Source: Eledone cirrhosa
Taxonomy: Eukaryota
Assembly (NCBI GenBank): GCA_964016885.1
Contig: OZ024746.1
Location: 64,294,001 to 64,358,000 of the forward strand
Length of the DNA: 64,000 bases
Direction: 5' to 3'
Shown: piece after piece, positions 24,451-38,346 of the stretch
How positions within the stretch are numbered: position 1 is the stretch's first letter
Layout of the letters: the number at the start of each line of letters is the position of its first letter
The notes under the pieces: generated by a model
The model's database searches: none
The model's input: only the letters and a program-made list of their open reading frames with translations
Told to the model about the DNA's origin: nothing
Position numbers and translations under genes: made by a program

Positions 24451-24812
24451 ATTGTTATACTTTGGGAGGGTCATGTTGCCAATAAAAACACACGCACCTG
24501 TTGGTTTTCACTTCAATTTATCATAAATTTCTGGTTGGTTGGTTGGTTCGATAACCGGAAGGTTGTTTATTTGTCAAAGCTCTTTCGTCACACATTCTGT
24601 GACCTCCTCAGCGACTAGTTTTTTTTATTTTGTGTGTCTCTTCTTCTGTCCTACACAAAATAAAAAAACCTAGTCATTGAGGAGGTCACAGAATGTGTGA
24701 CGAAAGAGCTTTGACAATATATCATCAACCAGTAATTTATAATAAATTGAAGTGAGAACCAACAGGTGCGTGTGTTTTTATTGGCAACATGACCCTCCCA
24801 AAGTATAACAAT
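24451..24812. repeat. Inverted repeat, ~160-185 bp arms, with hammerheads
   Basis: 24451-24635 vs 24653-24812. Confidence 0.92.
24573..24615 (-). ncRNA. Minimal hammerhead; mirror copy at 24673-24715 (+)
   Basis: GTCG-CTGAGGA-G-GTCAC AGAATGT GTGAC-GAAA-GAGC-TT-TGAC. Confidence 0.75.
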
Positions 24813-24873
24813 ATCTGTTTCAACACACGTTTTCAGATAAAAAATTTCGCAAAACAAATTAAAAAAAGAATTG

Positions 24874-26482
24874 ATCATCATCATCATCATCATCATCACC
24901 ACCGTTTTACGTCCGTTCTTCCACGCTAGCATGGGTTAGACGGGTTGTCCTGTTGTGGGCAGTGTCTGGTCGGCTGACCATGCCTTGCTCATACAGGAAC
25001 TGATTTTGGCTTGATTTCTACAGCTGGATGCCCTTCCTAACACCAACCTCATTTACAGTGAGTGCTGGGTGCTTTTTCGTGGCGCCTACACGTCCACTTT
25101 ACAGTGTGGGCTGGGTGCTTTTTTGCCGTGGCACCTCCACGACCACCTTGCAGTCTATATGCTTCAGCTTGTACCCATGGGAGGTCGGGTACTCTGTATT
25201 ACTGCGTGACGCCAAAGGTCACGGTCGTGTGTCATTGCCTTTGAGAGGTGTAATTGGGTAAGGTCGGCTTTTATCACCTCATCCCAGGTCTTCTTGGGTC
25301 TCCCCACTCCGCGGTTTCCATCGACTTCTAGTGCTCTGCACCTTTTTATGCAGCTGTCATCCTTCATACGCATCACATGTCCATACCAACACAACCGCCT
25401 CTCCTGCTCACAGCATTTGATTCCTCTTATGCTCAGTCTCTCTCTCAATTCATTTAAGCTTTGTCGTTCGCATATATTACTATTACACATCCATCGGAGC
25501 ATGCAGGCTTTGTTTCTCTCTAATCTACGTAAGTCTTCCACCTTCAGCGCCCAGGTCTCACTACCATGTAACATTGCTGTTCGGATACACGCATCATACA
25601 GTCTGCCTTTCATTTTGAGGGAGAAGCCTTTTGCAGCTAGCAGTGGTAGTAGTTCCCTAAACTTCTTCCATCCCGTTCTTACCCTAGTTATTGTACTTTC
25701 TGAACACCCACCTCCGCTGCTACCATAGATTCAGCTATAAGTGCGAGGTCATCAGCATACAGGAGTTCCCATGGGCATCCAGTCTTAAACTCCTCCGTTA
25801 TTGTCTGCAGGACTATGATGAACAGGAGAGGGCTAAGAACAGAGCCCTGGTGGACACCAACCTGTACACTAAATTCCTCACTATACTCATTGCTAATCCT
25901 AACTTTGCTGACTGTTCCCCTATACATGGCTTGTACAGCTTTCACAAGCCATTCATCTACTCCTAGTTTTCTAAGAGCCCACCAGATTACAGCATGTGGA
26001 ACTCTGTCAAAGGCTTTCTCGAGATCGACGAATGCCAGGTAGAGTGGCTTAATTTTAGCTAGGTACTTTTCCTGTAACTGCCTCACAAGGAAGAGGGCAT
26101 CAGTGGTGCCTCTTTCTGGTACAAACCCAAATTGCATCTCATCTAGTTTCACCCGGTCCCTAATCAACTGTGCTATAACTCTTTCTGTTACTTTCATGAC
26201 CTGGTCCATCAGCTTTATACCTCTATAGTTTCCTCTATCTAGTGCATTACCTTTACCTTTGTAGCAGTTGACAATGATGCTACTGCACCAATCTTTTGGT
26301 ATGACACCTTCTAGTATTACCTGGTTAACAATACGTGTGGTTATAGTGTGACCTACAGACCCAGATGCCTTCAGCATCTCGGCAGCTATACCTGATGGAC
26401 CGGTTGCCTTCCCCATCTTCATATCTTTGATTGCCTTACTTACTATGCTGTTGCTGACTTGTACTGCTGGCCCCTCTATAGG
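24874..26482 (-). mobile_element. 5'-truncated RTE family 1 copy with an internal ~367 bp deletion
   Basis: ORFs 25688-26485 and 25164-25613 nearly identical to the full-length ORF; junction near 25720 joins ESMV to SGGGCSES; (GAT)n tail at 24874. Confidence 0.93.
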
Positions 26483-26607
26483 CAATACAGAATCCTCTCA
26501 TAACTCCATTTATGACATCAAGTTACATCTCAGCATATAATCCACTTAACCATAATGTGTGTGAGAAATGCTGAAATTATATTTGTCATGTATCGTTTAT
26601 GGCATAT
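26481..26607 (+). repeat. 127 bp direct duplication of 27552-27678
   Basis: Same length, about 4 mismatches; abuts the 5' end of the truncated RTE. Confidence 0.9.
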
Positions 26608-29600
26608 ATATATATATAATCATTATTTAATGAATGTCCACTGTCCATGTTAGATGGGTTGTTATACGCTATGATACAGGTCAGATGACCATGTCTTGCT
26701 AATATGGATCTGCTTTTGGCTTGGTCTCTATGAGTGGATGCCCTTCCTAGCATTAACCATGATAAGATTGTTTTTCAGGTAGTGTTTTACTGCTAATTGC
26801 TGTTGCTGCTTTTGGTGCCAACCTTTTTTTTAGTTGCATCTTATGATATGCAAGGACACAGTATACCTATTCTAAACTGGCTACACAACAATACATATAT
26901 GTCTGTGTGCGTGTACATGTGTGTGTGTTTGTGTTGTGCTAGTGTATCACATTTGTCTTCATATCAACAATAAAGCAAGCAGTGATGTTTGTTTATGTCT
27001 TACATAAACAATACATTCCACAGCTTAGTGCTTTGATAAAGATGAGCAGTATATACCATATTTATAAAGAGAGTTATACGCTGGCATTGTAGAAAGACTG
27101 CTTCAAAAAGTGCCATCCAACCCATGCCAGCATGGAAAAGCAACTGTAAAAACAACAATAATAAAAGTAATGTGAGAAATTGGTTCTTGTGTATATAGTA
27201 TAATCTACCTTGTAATGTGAGAATCTTTCTTTATTGATCTGTGAATTTGTTTAGTAAAAAATAACAGACTATTTTGTCAATTGTTTCAATCATTGTAAAT
27301 GGTTGTTATATATTATGGTAGGCAAGAAAAAATAATCCTTATCTCAATTGTTATTGCCTTTATTTATTATTTTTTAATTTGTTACTTTTTTTTCTGGAAG
27401 CATTGTTGATAAAAGATAAACTTCTAAGTATGAATGAATCATTACAACTTACAGAATTCTGAAACTATATACACATATATAAAGTTCCCTACTTCTAAAT
27501 GGTTGAAGCAACTTGTGCTAAGTATCTTGTCAAAATACATAATCAAACACTGGCAATACAGAATCCTCTCATAACTCCATTTATGACATCAAATTACATC
27601 TCAGCATATAATCCACTTAGCCATAATGTGTGTGAGAAACGCTGAAATTATATTTGTCATGTTTCGTTTATGGCATATCATGAAATGTTCTTTCATTGAC
27701 AGGACTCTTCTGATGCATCATGGGCACTACAACTATTCTAGTGTTTGTGACAGGATAAAACGCACTAAGTACATCATGTAAAGTGGTTGGTGCCTGGAAG
27801 GGCATCAAGCCATAGAAAATTTTCCAAACAAAGACTCAAGAACATTCATCAGTTGTGTCAAAGTGCTGGTGTCATGATAAAATGCACCCACCACACTTTG
27901 TAAAGTTTTGGAATATATATAAGTTATATGTGATTTCTGGCTGGTCTGTGAGGTCAGGATCTCTGAAAGTACTGACTTGGAGGCCCTGAAAAGATCATGG
28001 GTTTCTTCCTTCTCTGACTAAGTCATTAAAAAGATTTTATCTTTATCATTCCAAGTTCAATAAAATGAATGCTAGTTATGTATTAGGGTTGATTTAAATG
28101 ACTTAAACCCCCTCTTTACAAATCTTTGAGCCTTTTACTCATGTAACTAATCAGTATTATGTTAGAGCAAAAACTAAATATTTTATGTTATTGAAGATGA
28201 CATGAACACTCCAATTTCCTCTCTCCTTTTATTTATTGTTGAAAAAGAACAAGGAACTTCCTAACATATTAATGAAAGCAGGACACAATAGATAATGTAG
28301 TCCTAGATATCCTTCTTTGTTTACATCATAAGATCAATCAACTCCCTCCACCCCAGTGACTTCTTTGAAAAGTGCTATGGAAGAATACAAAGGTAGTTCC
28401 TTAATACCTTCCTTCAAGTATTTCTTTATAAAACAACATTCTGTAGGCTAGAAACAGACAAGCTCAGCACACCTGTCTGGGCACCCAGAATGTAAAGAAC
28501 CAGAATAAACACTGCAAAGCATTTTAACCAAGACTAACATTTGCTAATCCACAACTTTAGATTGGTATTTTATTCCATCAACTCTGTAAGGACTTGCACG
28601 CAGAACATAAAGAGCCAGAACAAATCCTGCCAAACATCTTGTCTGATACTATTACAATTCCACCAATTTGCTATTTTTTGTTCTGGATATACATACCTGA
28701 ACACTAATAATTATTGCCGCCCCCCCCCCTTTTTTTTGAACTCTTTTATTAACGAACTGAACCAATGCCATTGTTCATTTTAAGATAAGATGGCTAAATT
28801 AACGAGGTGAGAGAGTATATTTGTATCCTTCCAGTAAAACACGTGCATTTGAAAAATGTACTGCTGATGTAATAAACAAATTTATATATATCACAAATAA
28901 GTCTGACTGGTCATGGTTGAGCACAGATCTGCTTGATCAGGAATGACCTGAAGCTAACCAACAACAACATTAAATTTTTCTATTTAACTCTTAGTTTTAG
29001 TGGGATGAGGAACTTGAGAGTTGGATTTTAGCTCCAATGCATGACATAAACCAAATAAAATATATCATCACAGGTATACTTAGAACACAAGTGGCTGAAA
29101 TTGATATTGCAAAGGTATCATGTTTGATGATCTAACACTTGCATAAACCCATCATCTAAGGCAAGGTTGATCTCAGCAAGATTTGAAATCAGAGCACCAT
29201 ATACAGTGAAGCATTTAATCTGACCACACTGATGACTTTGTAGTCTTAACTCCCACCCACCAAAAAATACAACAATAAAAAAAAAACTAACAAACAGTAT
29301 GCAGTTCTATTGTAGAAAGTATGAACACTATTAGAATAAGAGAGAAGACTCAATAAAAAGACAAACGTCATTGGTGATATCTAAGTTTGGATCAAAGTCC
29401 AGAGAAATATAAGCAAATTGTGTTAAGATCAATGAATACTGAAAATGAAGTGGTTCTGGCTACAAACACAAGAAGAGAAAGTGGAGCCTGAAACTACAAG
29501 TCAATTTCTTCAGCTTCAGTAATGTAGATCTGTTGAACAAATTACAAACCAATGTTACAGAAGCATCATCCCTTCAACACATTCAAGTTCAGGCTTGATC

Positions 29601-29931
29601 AAGTTTTCCAGCACCATAGATCAGTTGAAAAACTATATCTTAATGCTTTCCTCATGCGCTGACTAAATAAATTGAGTTTGACAGAACAAAGAAAACAGAT
29701 CAGAATACTGGAATCATAGAATAAACGAGATGCAGCTTCAATTGTTGTTTTTATGATGAAACTATGGACACTTAAAGGGAGAGAGAAAAAGAGAAGAGGA
29801 GAGTGACTAATAGATAGAGGGATGAGGAGGAACGGGACAAAGAGAGAGAGAGGGAGAGAAGGAGAGACAGAGAGAGGATGATTGCATGTTAAAGAGATAA
29901 ATATGTATTGATAGGCAAAGAGATAAGAAAT

Positions 29932-29970
<39 letters not shown>

Positions 29971-30180
29971 TGGGAGAGAGAGAGATGGAAGGTGAGAAAG
30001 TGGTCTATAGGAAGCCAAAGAGAACATTAGTTGTAAAATATGGGATATTTGAGGGAAGTTAATGAACTGAAAACACACTCACACACATATATATATATAG
30101 GAACACACACACGCATATATATATATATATAGAAATATATATATATATAGGAATATATATATATATATGTAGAAATATAT

Positions 30181-30318
30181 ATAGGAATATATATTTATAT
30201 TTATATATATAGGAATATATATTTATATTTATATATATAGGAATATATATTTATATTTATATATATAGGAATATATATTTATATTTATATATATAGGAAT
30301 ATATATTTATATTTATAT

Positions 30319-30349
<31 letters not shown>

Positions 30350-30350
30350 A
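30181..30350. repeat. 28 bp minisatellite derived from (TA)n
   Basis: ATAGGAATATATATTTATATTTATATAT repeated about 5 times. Confidence 0.9.
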
Positions 30351-30821
30351 ATATATATATATATATATATCATTATTATCACCATCATCATTTAATGTCC
30401 GATTTCTGAGCTAGCATGGTTTGATCATATATATATATATATACACACACGCATATATGTACATTTATATGAATATATATATATATATATATTATAGTAT
30501 TATCTCTCTCTCTCTACCAATCTCTATCTCTCTCATTATATATATACATGTATGTATAATTTTTTTTTATTTTGCTCGAGTGGCCGATAGAGAAATATTA
30601 TTATTATTGTTATTTTTATTGTTTTACTATTCCATGCATGTTGGTTTCTGTAGCGTAACTGTTTCTGTATGAGAAGAGGTTGCATGTCCCTCACTAAAGC
30701 CTCCACCATTTCTAGAAAAAGGTCCAACCTAAGTGGTTTCCCATAACCCTTCTCATGGCATAATGTAGCTGATTCAGAGAGAGAGAGAGGGGATATATAT
30801 ATATATATATCCTCTCTCTCT

Positions 30822-30901
<80 letters not shown>

Positions 30902-31966
30902 CTCCATAACCAAAAAGTTCCAGTTGATTGTTCAATATAGAAGCCACATTCTTTCAGCTGCACCTTTAGAAATAAAATGTATCCACTGATTCACTTATTG
31001 GTTTTACTATAAGTTTATCCATTGATTCATTTATTGATTTTGCTCGCAATCTTAATATACTATTAACAAAGCCACTTAATCCCTATTTGCCAGCAATCTC
31101 TAAAATCACAACAAAAAACGGAAGACGCAAACAAATAAACAATAATCCTATGATTTATTAATTTAAACCCTGACTGTATATACACAGATGAATTAATTTT
31201 GAGCAAAGAATGATGAAAATAGTTTCCATATATATATTTTTCTTATGCATATTTTATATATTGAGATACATGGCTGCTCTCTGATAGGTTTGTGGTCGAG
31301 CCTGTGGTAGTGGAGTCTTCTGTTGTTCTTGGCCCTCTCGGACCACATCCCCACTCCCTGCAATTGTGAGCCATACAAAGAGGAGTGGCTGTTCCAGCAC
31401 ATCTCCCTCTCCATCCTCTGGGGCAACGTCTTCTCCATCCTGTTCACCAGGACCATGAGGCGGAATGACCCTTAAGTTTCATTTATGGTAATGGCATGTG
31501 GAACAAAGTTCTCTCTCATATTGTAGCACTTACTATAAATATATTATGAATGTCTGCCAAAAATTGACGTATAGAATCTGCCTCCACCTCCTCCTCCTTT
31601 TCCCTTACTTTATATTTTGGTTGTTCTTTTCATATGCAAACCTTGATGAATTGTAAATTACTTCCTTTTATTTTTTAAAAAATAGTTTCTAAAAAAAGAA
31701 AGATTTATACACTGTTCTTCATCCTTGACTTTTAATGTCCTAGACCACATGGAACCCCATTAGCATGTCATTCATGAAAAGTACAAATCAGCACTATGGC
31801 TATATCACATTAAAAATTAAAGTCTTTAGTTACTTTAAATTTTCACAATAATCTGCCCACATGTGAAGATACCATAAACATGTGAATTAACAAACTCATT
31901 AAAAATGTTTTTTTTTTCTGCTAAAGCATTACAGGATATTAACCCTTTAGATTACTCTCTCTCTCT

Positions 31967-32076
<110 letters not shown>

Positions 32077-32205
32077 AAGTGAGGTTTTTTTACAAAATGA
32101 AAAAAATCCGAGGTGTCTTACACGAGTGAAAGTATAAGGAAAAAAGATGAAATCGAAAATGCAACAACTGGAGTCTTTTTTTTTTTAAATATATTTATTT
32201 GGTTC

Positions 32206-32241
32206 CTTTACCGGTTTCGCAGTTCTTGTGCTTTTCAAAAG
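32206..32241 (-). ncRNA. Variant minimal hammerhead (U3-A8), second copy of the 18658 family
   Basis: CTT-TTGAAAA-GCAC AAGAA CTGC-GAAA-CCGG-TA-AAG, within a ~200 bp repeat shared with 18519-18725. Confidence 0.7.
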
Positions 32242-32289
32242 TAGAATTGAGATGGAGGGTTTGTGGTTTTTCTATATATATATATATAT

Positions 32290-32470
32290 AGTGCCAAGTA
32301 ATCCCAAGAGAAGGAAGACACAGTAGAGGAAGATCACTGATAAGATGGGCGGAGGTGGTGAGAGCTGACCTCAGATTGCTGAAGCTCACAGAGGAGATGA
32401 AGAGATGCTGAAGAGAACCCGTCCTACCCTTGCAAGCAGAGAAAAGCAGATGTAAAATGATGATGATGAT
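32290..32470 (+). mobile_element. Short RTE 3'-end fragment
   Basis: Translates GRHSRGRSLIRWAEVVRADLRLLKL, followed by an RTE-like tail and (GAT)n. Confidence 0.7.
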
Positions 32471-33084
32471 ATATATCAAGTTCATAGAAAATGTAAGAAA
32501 TTTAGATGCAGAAATATCTGTAAATACAGTTGATTGGTTAGAAAATTGGGTAGAATACCCCTATAGATGGAAAAAAAGTGGCCTGTGGCTGCTATGAAGA
32601 ATCTAACTGCGTATCTTTTAGATATTGGCTGACTGCTCTGATACTCTAACCATTGAACTAAACAACCTCAGAGGTACATATGAAGTCATATAGGATATAT
32701 TTATGTATAGTGAACATGCAAGAGTCTCACTAAGAGTGTTTTAATCTTTGATCATATTATATGTTTCATTTGCCTTGTGAGGCCATTAGACATGAGTTTC
32801 TGGACTTTTATCTGCCACTGGTGACATTTGCTCACTTGGTACTCAAACAAGAATAAGCTATAGCTTATATGCGGAAGATACCTCCCAGTCCACACTGTAA
32901 ACGTGGTTGGTGTTAGGAAGGGCATCTAGCCGTAGAAAACCCGCCAGACAGTCCTTTATGAGCAAGACAACCAATCTTGCCTTAAGTGGGAAAATTCCCG
33001 TCCAAACCCATGCAAGCGTGGAAGATGGACGTTAAACGATGACGATGATGATGATACTTATTGTTTATTTTCATATAATGTTTT

Positions 33085-33277
33085 CTGATAGAGGCACAAG
33101 GCCAGCAATTTTGGGGGAAGGAAAAGTCGATTAAATTAAGCCCAGCGCATGACTAGTACTTTATTTTATCGACCCCATAAGGATGAAAGGCAAAGCTAAT
33201 CTCGGTGGGATTTGAACTCAGAATGTAAAGGGCCATGAAGCAGGGTTTCCGATGCTCTAACACTTCTGCCAATTCAC
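33085..33277 (-). mobile_element. MetaSINE
   Basis: TTTATTTTATCGACCCC..GGATGAAAGGCAAAG..GGATTTGAACTC. Confidence 0.8.
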
Positions 33278-33308
33278 CTGTTTTCAAATGGAAACAAATA
33301 ACACACAC

Positions 33309-33355
<47 letters not shown>

Positions 33356-33672
33356 GGAGACACATGGCCTTGCAATCAAAAGGTTGTGAGTTCAATTCTT
33401 AGACCGGGTGATGTGTTGTTTCCTTGAGCAAGACGCTTTATTTCACATTGCTCCAGTTTACTCAGCTGTAGAAATGAGATGATAGGGACTGGGGTCCCTA
33501 TCATTCCACTGCAAAGTGGTCGTGGAGGTGCCACGGCAAAAAAGCACCCAGCACTCACTATAAATGAGGTTGGTGTTAGGAAGGCATCCAGCTGTAGAAA
33601 TCAAGCCAGAATCAGTTCCCGTCCCACCCTTGCAAGCAGGGAAAAGCGGACGTAAAATGATGATGATGATGA
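33356..33672 (+). mobile_element. Second copy of the CORE-type, RTE-tailed SINE
   Basis: Near-identical to 41466-41795 apart from a short head deletion; (GAT)n tail. Confidence 0.8.
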
Positions 33673-34374
33673 TCATCATCATCATCATCGTTTGACATCT
33701 GCTTTCCCTGCTATCAAGGGTTGGACAAATCTACATAGAGCAAGTCAGTATAGAAGTCACTACTGACCTACCAGACAGGCTGAGTAGTCTGTGCCTTGCT
33801 TACTTATGGTCATATGTTCCATAAAGTGCACAGGAAACATTGTCATGTTTTTGACACAAACCGAAGGGTCCTCCCAGCTCCTTGTTTGGCAAGCTTTCTA
33901 CAGCCATATGCTCTTCCTAACACCAAGAACTTTACAGCATGTACTGGGTGCTTTTATTGTGTAGATCACCAGCACTAAGGACATTGTCATGTCCTTGACA
34001 CAACTAAAGAGTCCTCCCAAAATTTTGTTTTGCAATTTTTCTATTGTTGGATGCGATTCCTATCACCAACCACTTTACAGCATGTACTGTATACATCTAT
34101 CAACAATTAGAATTATATATATAGTTTAGTTTTTGTTAATTCTAGGAATAACAACACTGTGGGCTATGGAGTGGATTCAATACAGATTACATAAATAATA
34201 TAAAATTTGAAGAGTTCAACAAATATGGAATTGTTTCCTTCCAAGACAGGAAAGTCTTAGTCAAGTAGTTGAAGTGTTCTACACAATGGAGAGGAATAAA
34301 CTATATATTTCTTGTAGAGAGAAAATAAAATAATTTATATGTGTATATATGTATGTGTGTGTGTTTGTGTATAA

Positions 34375-34436
<62 letters not shown>

Positions 34437-34688
34437 ATGTATATATATATATATATATATATAATATATGATACATATGTGTGTGGGTATGTGTGTGTGT
34501 GTGCATATATATATATATATATGTGTGTGTGTGTATGTATATATATATATAATATATGATACATATGTGTGTGGGTATGTGTGTATGTGTGTGCATATAT
34601 ATATATATATATATATACCTGTTCAATCCCTTGCTAACAGGGAACAGATATTAACTGATGATGATGATGATCAACGCCCCCCCCTCTC

Positions 34689-34733
<45 letters not shown>

Positions 34734-34983
34734 ATGTATGTATATAATCTATACAATTATATGTAGATGCATGTTTATGTTTTGTGTGATGCATGGAGAT
34801 ACAATATAATAGACACTGCTACAGTGAAAGCTACTTCAAATGCAATATGGATAAAGCAGGACATGCACGAATGTGCATGCGTTGCCTACCTACATAACTA
34901 TACTTATAGATGTCACACAATTTTACACACATGCTTATGCATACTAAAATATAAACACAGAGCAATCAATAACACACACACAC

Positions 34984-35149
<166 letters not shown>

Positions 35150-35332
35150 GTTATATAGTAAGGTGCATTATTGGTTGTGTAAAATGGTCCAATAACTTTA
35201 TGTTAGCAACATTAAGTTCTCCACGCTTTTGTATACCTCCAATTCTATTCGAGGGAACAGCTAGATGATGTAAAACGGAGTATAAGTATCAAAATGAAAA
35301 TCCGAAGGCAAGGTAAAATTCCAATCATTTAA

Positions 35333-35406
35333 TCACGACACATGTTTCAATAAGAGATAGATCGATTATGAAGCCATGATCGATTATCACTGATCTCATC
35401 AGGTGA
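35333..35406 (-). ncRNA. Hammerhead ribozyme with long stem II
   Basis: TCAC-CTGATGA-[long ATCGAT-containing hairpin]-GAAA-CATGTG-TC-GTGA. Confidence 0.8.
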
Positions 35407-35941
35407 AAATGAATTGTCTTCAAATTCTTGATATGAGGGAGTAAAAATAACGATGTTCTCTCACAGAATTCATTCCCTCATATGGAGACACGCCAGTCAG
35501 TCAGAGACACGGCGACTGCTATTAGCTTCAGTTTAGGTCATAAAAGTTTTCAGATTTCTATCGCTGCAAAAGACGCTGGACATCAATCAAATCTGTAGGG
35601 ATACAGTCAGTCACAGTTAAAAGTGAGTGGGTACACACACACTCCACACCTACATACATCGGCTCGAGGTCAAAGAAAAATATATACATATATATACACA
35701 CATCAACACAGTATTAAACCCGTAGAATTAGCGTGGGTTGGTACACACACACTTTCACACACACCGAAGCAATGTCCGAGAAAAAAGACCAAATATAATA
35801 AAACAAATATAAGAATGTACCAACACAGCACTCACCGAAAGTTAGTTCACAATGCAACAGAAGCTATGTCGGTCAAATCTCAATTTGACAATGTAAATTG
35901 GAAATATTGGGTTAACCAACGCTACACACATACACACACAG

Positions 35942-36073
35942 GAAATTAGCATTATTCTCCTAGCTAGGAAAACCTTAATTGAATTCAACGGTGACCTGTG
36001 GACTAGGAGGGATTGGCCAGACAATTTCGACATCACCATGGGATCCATGGACTCGGCCCAGGTGACGGATCTG
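35942..36073 (+). pseudogene. PLE reverse transcriptase fragment
   Basis: EISIILLARKTLIEFNGDLW...FDITMGSMDSAQVTDL resembles the PLE RT FDVTMGSxDGAEV motif. Confidence 0.75.
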
Positions 36074-36378
36074 TTCAACACTGACAAAGGAAGCTGTACT
36101 AGTTTTAAGCTTATTAGCTATCGTCAGCAACGTATACCTTCCTGCCAGATTGTTGAACGTATATACTTACCTTATGCATATTAATGTATATACTTACCTT
36201 ATGCATATTATACTTATATATATATTATATATATATATATTATATATATATATATATTATATATATATATATATTATATATATATATATATTATATATAT
36301 ATTATATATATATATATTATATATTATATATATATAGATATTATATATATTATATATATATATATATATTATATATAT

Positions 36379-36431
<53 letters not shown>

Positions 36432-36455
36432 TATATATATTATATATAAATATAT

Positions 36456-36554
<99 letters not shown>

Positions 36555-36605
36555 TAAAATAAAGTTAAATAAAAGTCAAATGATTAAAATTTAGCTTCGT
36601 TTATT

Positions 36606-36660
36606 ACTGCTATATATATTTCAGTGACAGCCATCTTTGGCTGTGACCTCTTCAGGCAGT
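36606..36660 (-). ncRNA. Hammerhead ribozyme (inverted partner of 39099-39152)
   Basis: Minus strand ACTGC-CTGAAGA-GGTCACAGCCA..TGGCTGTCACT-GAAA-TATATA-TA-GCAGT. Confidence 0.85.
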
Positions 36661-37746
36661 TTGAATTAGTATGGTATAGACAAGTACATATGTTGTTTAG
36701 GTGTATGATATTGTCAATACTCTGATATGCCCTGTTCCTTGTTGGGTTGTTAATTCACTGGGGAACTGGAGTCATATGAATTCAAACAAACGAATTTTCG
36801 TGTCACAGGTCCCCTTCTCCTCTCATTGGTCAGTTATTAGAACATTCCTCATTCTAAGTGTTGTTATTATTGGAGTTAGCTTAAAAATTGATAAAATGGT
36901 AGAAGGGACAAGGTGTTAAAGGAACAAAATAACAAAAAAAGTGTCAAACTTCCCATTGTTCAGTTCTGAGAGCATTCCTCAGTCAGAAGTCTATAGAATT
37001 CTTTCTGGGGTGAGGCTCCCTGTAGTGTTTGGTGGTGGTGGTGGTGGTGGTGGTGGGTGGGGTGGGGTGGGGTGGGGGTGGGGGGGTTCATGTATATGAA
37101 GAAATATAAGGCAATAAATGAAGAAAACAGAAAATAAATAAATAATATAATAAAATAAAATAATTAATATAATTTGTGTAATTTGAAAATAGATAAATAA
37201 ATAGAGAATAAAGAATAAAGAGGAAATGAGAGATTGGTGAAAAAGTAATGATACTGTATATGGAGAAGTGAGAAATAATGTAGGATAAAGTGTGTGTGTG
37301 TGTGCTATAGCCAATCTCAAGGTCAGAATATGTTGGATAGATTGGTATGATACAAGATGTTAAGATGAGATATTCAATGTGTTTGTGTTATAATCTATCT
37401 CAACTTAAAATAAATATAAGGTGATACAGTGAAGAGGGCAGAAAACAAATAACAAATTAATAAAGAGAAATCAAGATTTAAGATTGGAACTTGAAAGTCA
37501 GAAATCTGGTAAATTAAAAGTGTTTGTGTTATAGATGTTGGCCAAATTATTATGGCTGTGTCCGATTCTATCTCTAGGCTATCATGGTGTCTGCTCCGCC
37601 TGGGTTGTTCCCTATGGCTTGAGGGGAGTTCACAACCAAGGGTGTTGTTATTGCCCATATAGCTTGAGGGAGGTCTGGCCGAGAGGTGTTTTCATGTTCT
37701 GTAGAAGTCCCTATAGCTTGAGGGGATTTCACATCTTCTTGTGTTG

Positions 37747-38346
37747 CTACTGTCCATATATTTTGAGAAAGGTCCCGGCTCTAAGGTGTCTGCATGTCCC
37801 GAAGAAGTTGGTTCTGAGGTTTATCAGGCCGCTTCCACCTCTTAGTATCTCGAGGGTCTCGTTCAGGCATAGTTTGCATATGCAAGATCCCCCTTTATCG
37901 GGTGGTATTTTCCTGATTATGTACCAGGCCAGAGAGTCTGGGGTCCTGTCCAGCTTAAGCTTCCAGATCAGGTCGGAGAGAGCTGTGCTTTTCCTTTTGG
38001 CCTCCTTCTTGAATGAATGGCGATGGTTGTACCAGCGGTCCTTAAAGCTCGTTGATGTGGCTCCTATGTAGAGGTGTTCGGAGTTGGGGGTTTTAACCCT
38101 ACAACCGTACACTATGTTCTTCTTGAGACATTCATTACCAAGGGGGCATGATTCGGGGTTTCTGCAGTTGCAGAGGGTGGTCGGCCTCTGTGTGCCTAGA
38201 TTAGGGTTCTCATTTGTGTTACATGTTGGTCTTCCCCCATGCTCGGTGGGGGGTCCTTGGGTCTGTTTGTGTTTCTTGGGTGGGCTCTGGGTCCCCCCTT
38301 CCCTCCTTTCACATGGTTCTGCTGAGTGTTTGTATTGCCATCTTCT
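37747..38346 (-). CDS. PLE ORF C-terminal fragment: Cys-rich linker + GIY-YIG endonuclease
   Basis: Frame is open upstream of the annotated start: CNCRNPESCPLGNECLKKNIVYGC...LYIGATSTSFKDRWYNHRHSF...CKLCLNE...CRH. Confidence 0.9.
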   Translation of the reverse strand, partial: RRWQYKHSAEPCERREGGTQSPPKKHKQTQGPPTEHGGRPTCNTNENPNLGTQRPTTLCNCRNPESCPLGNECLKKNIVYGCRVKTPNSEHLYIGATSTSFKDRWYNHRHSFKKEAKRKSTALSDLIWKLKLDRTPDSLAWYIIRKIPPDKGGSCICKLCLNETLEILRGGSGLINLRTNFFGTCRHLRAGTFLKIYGQ

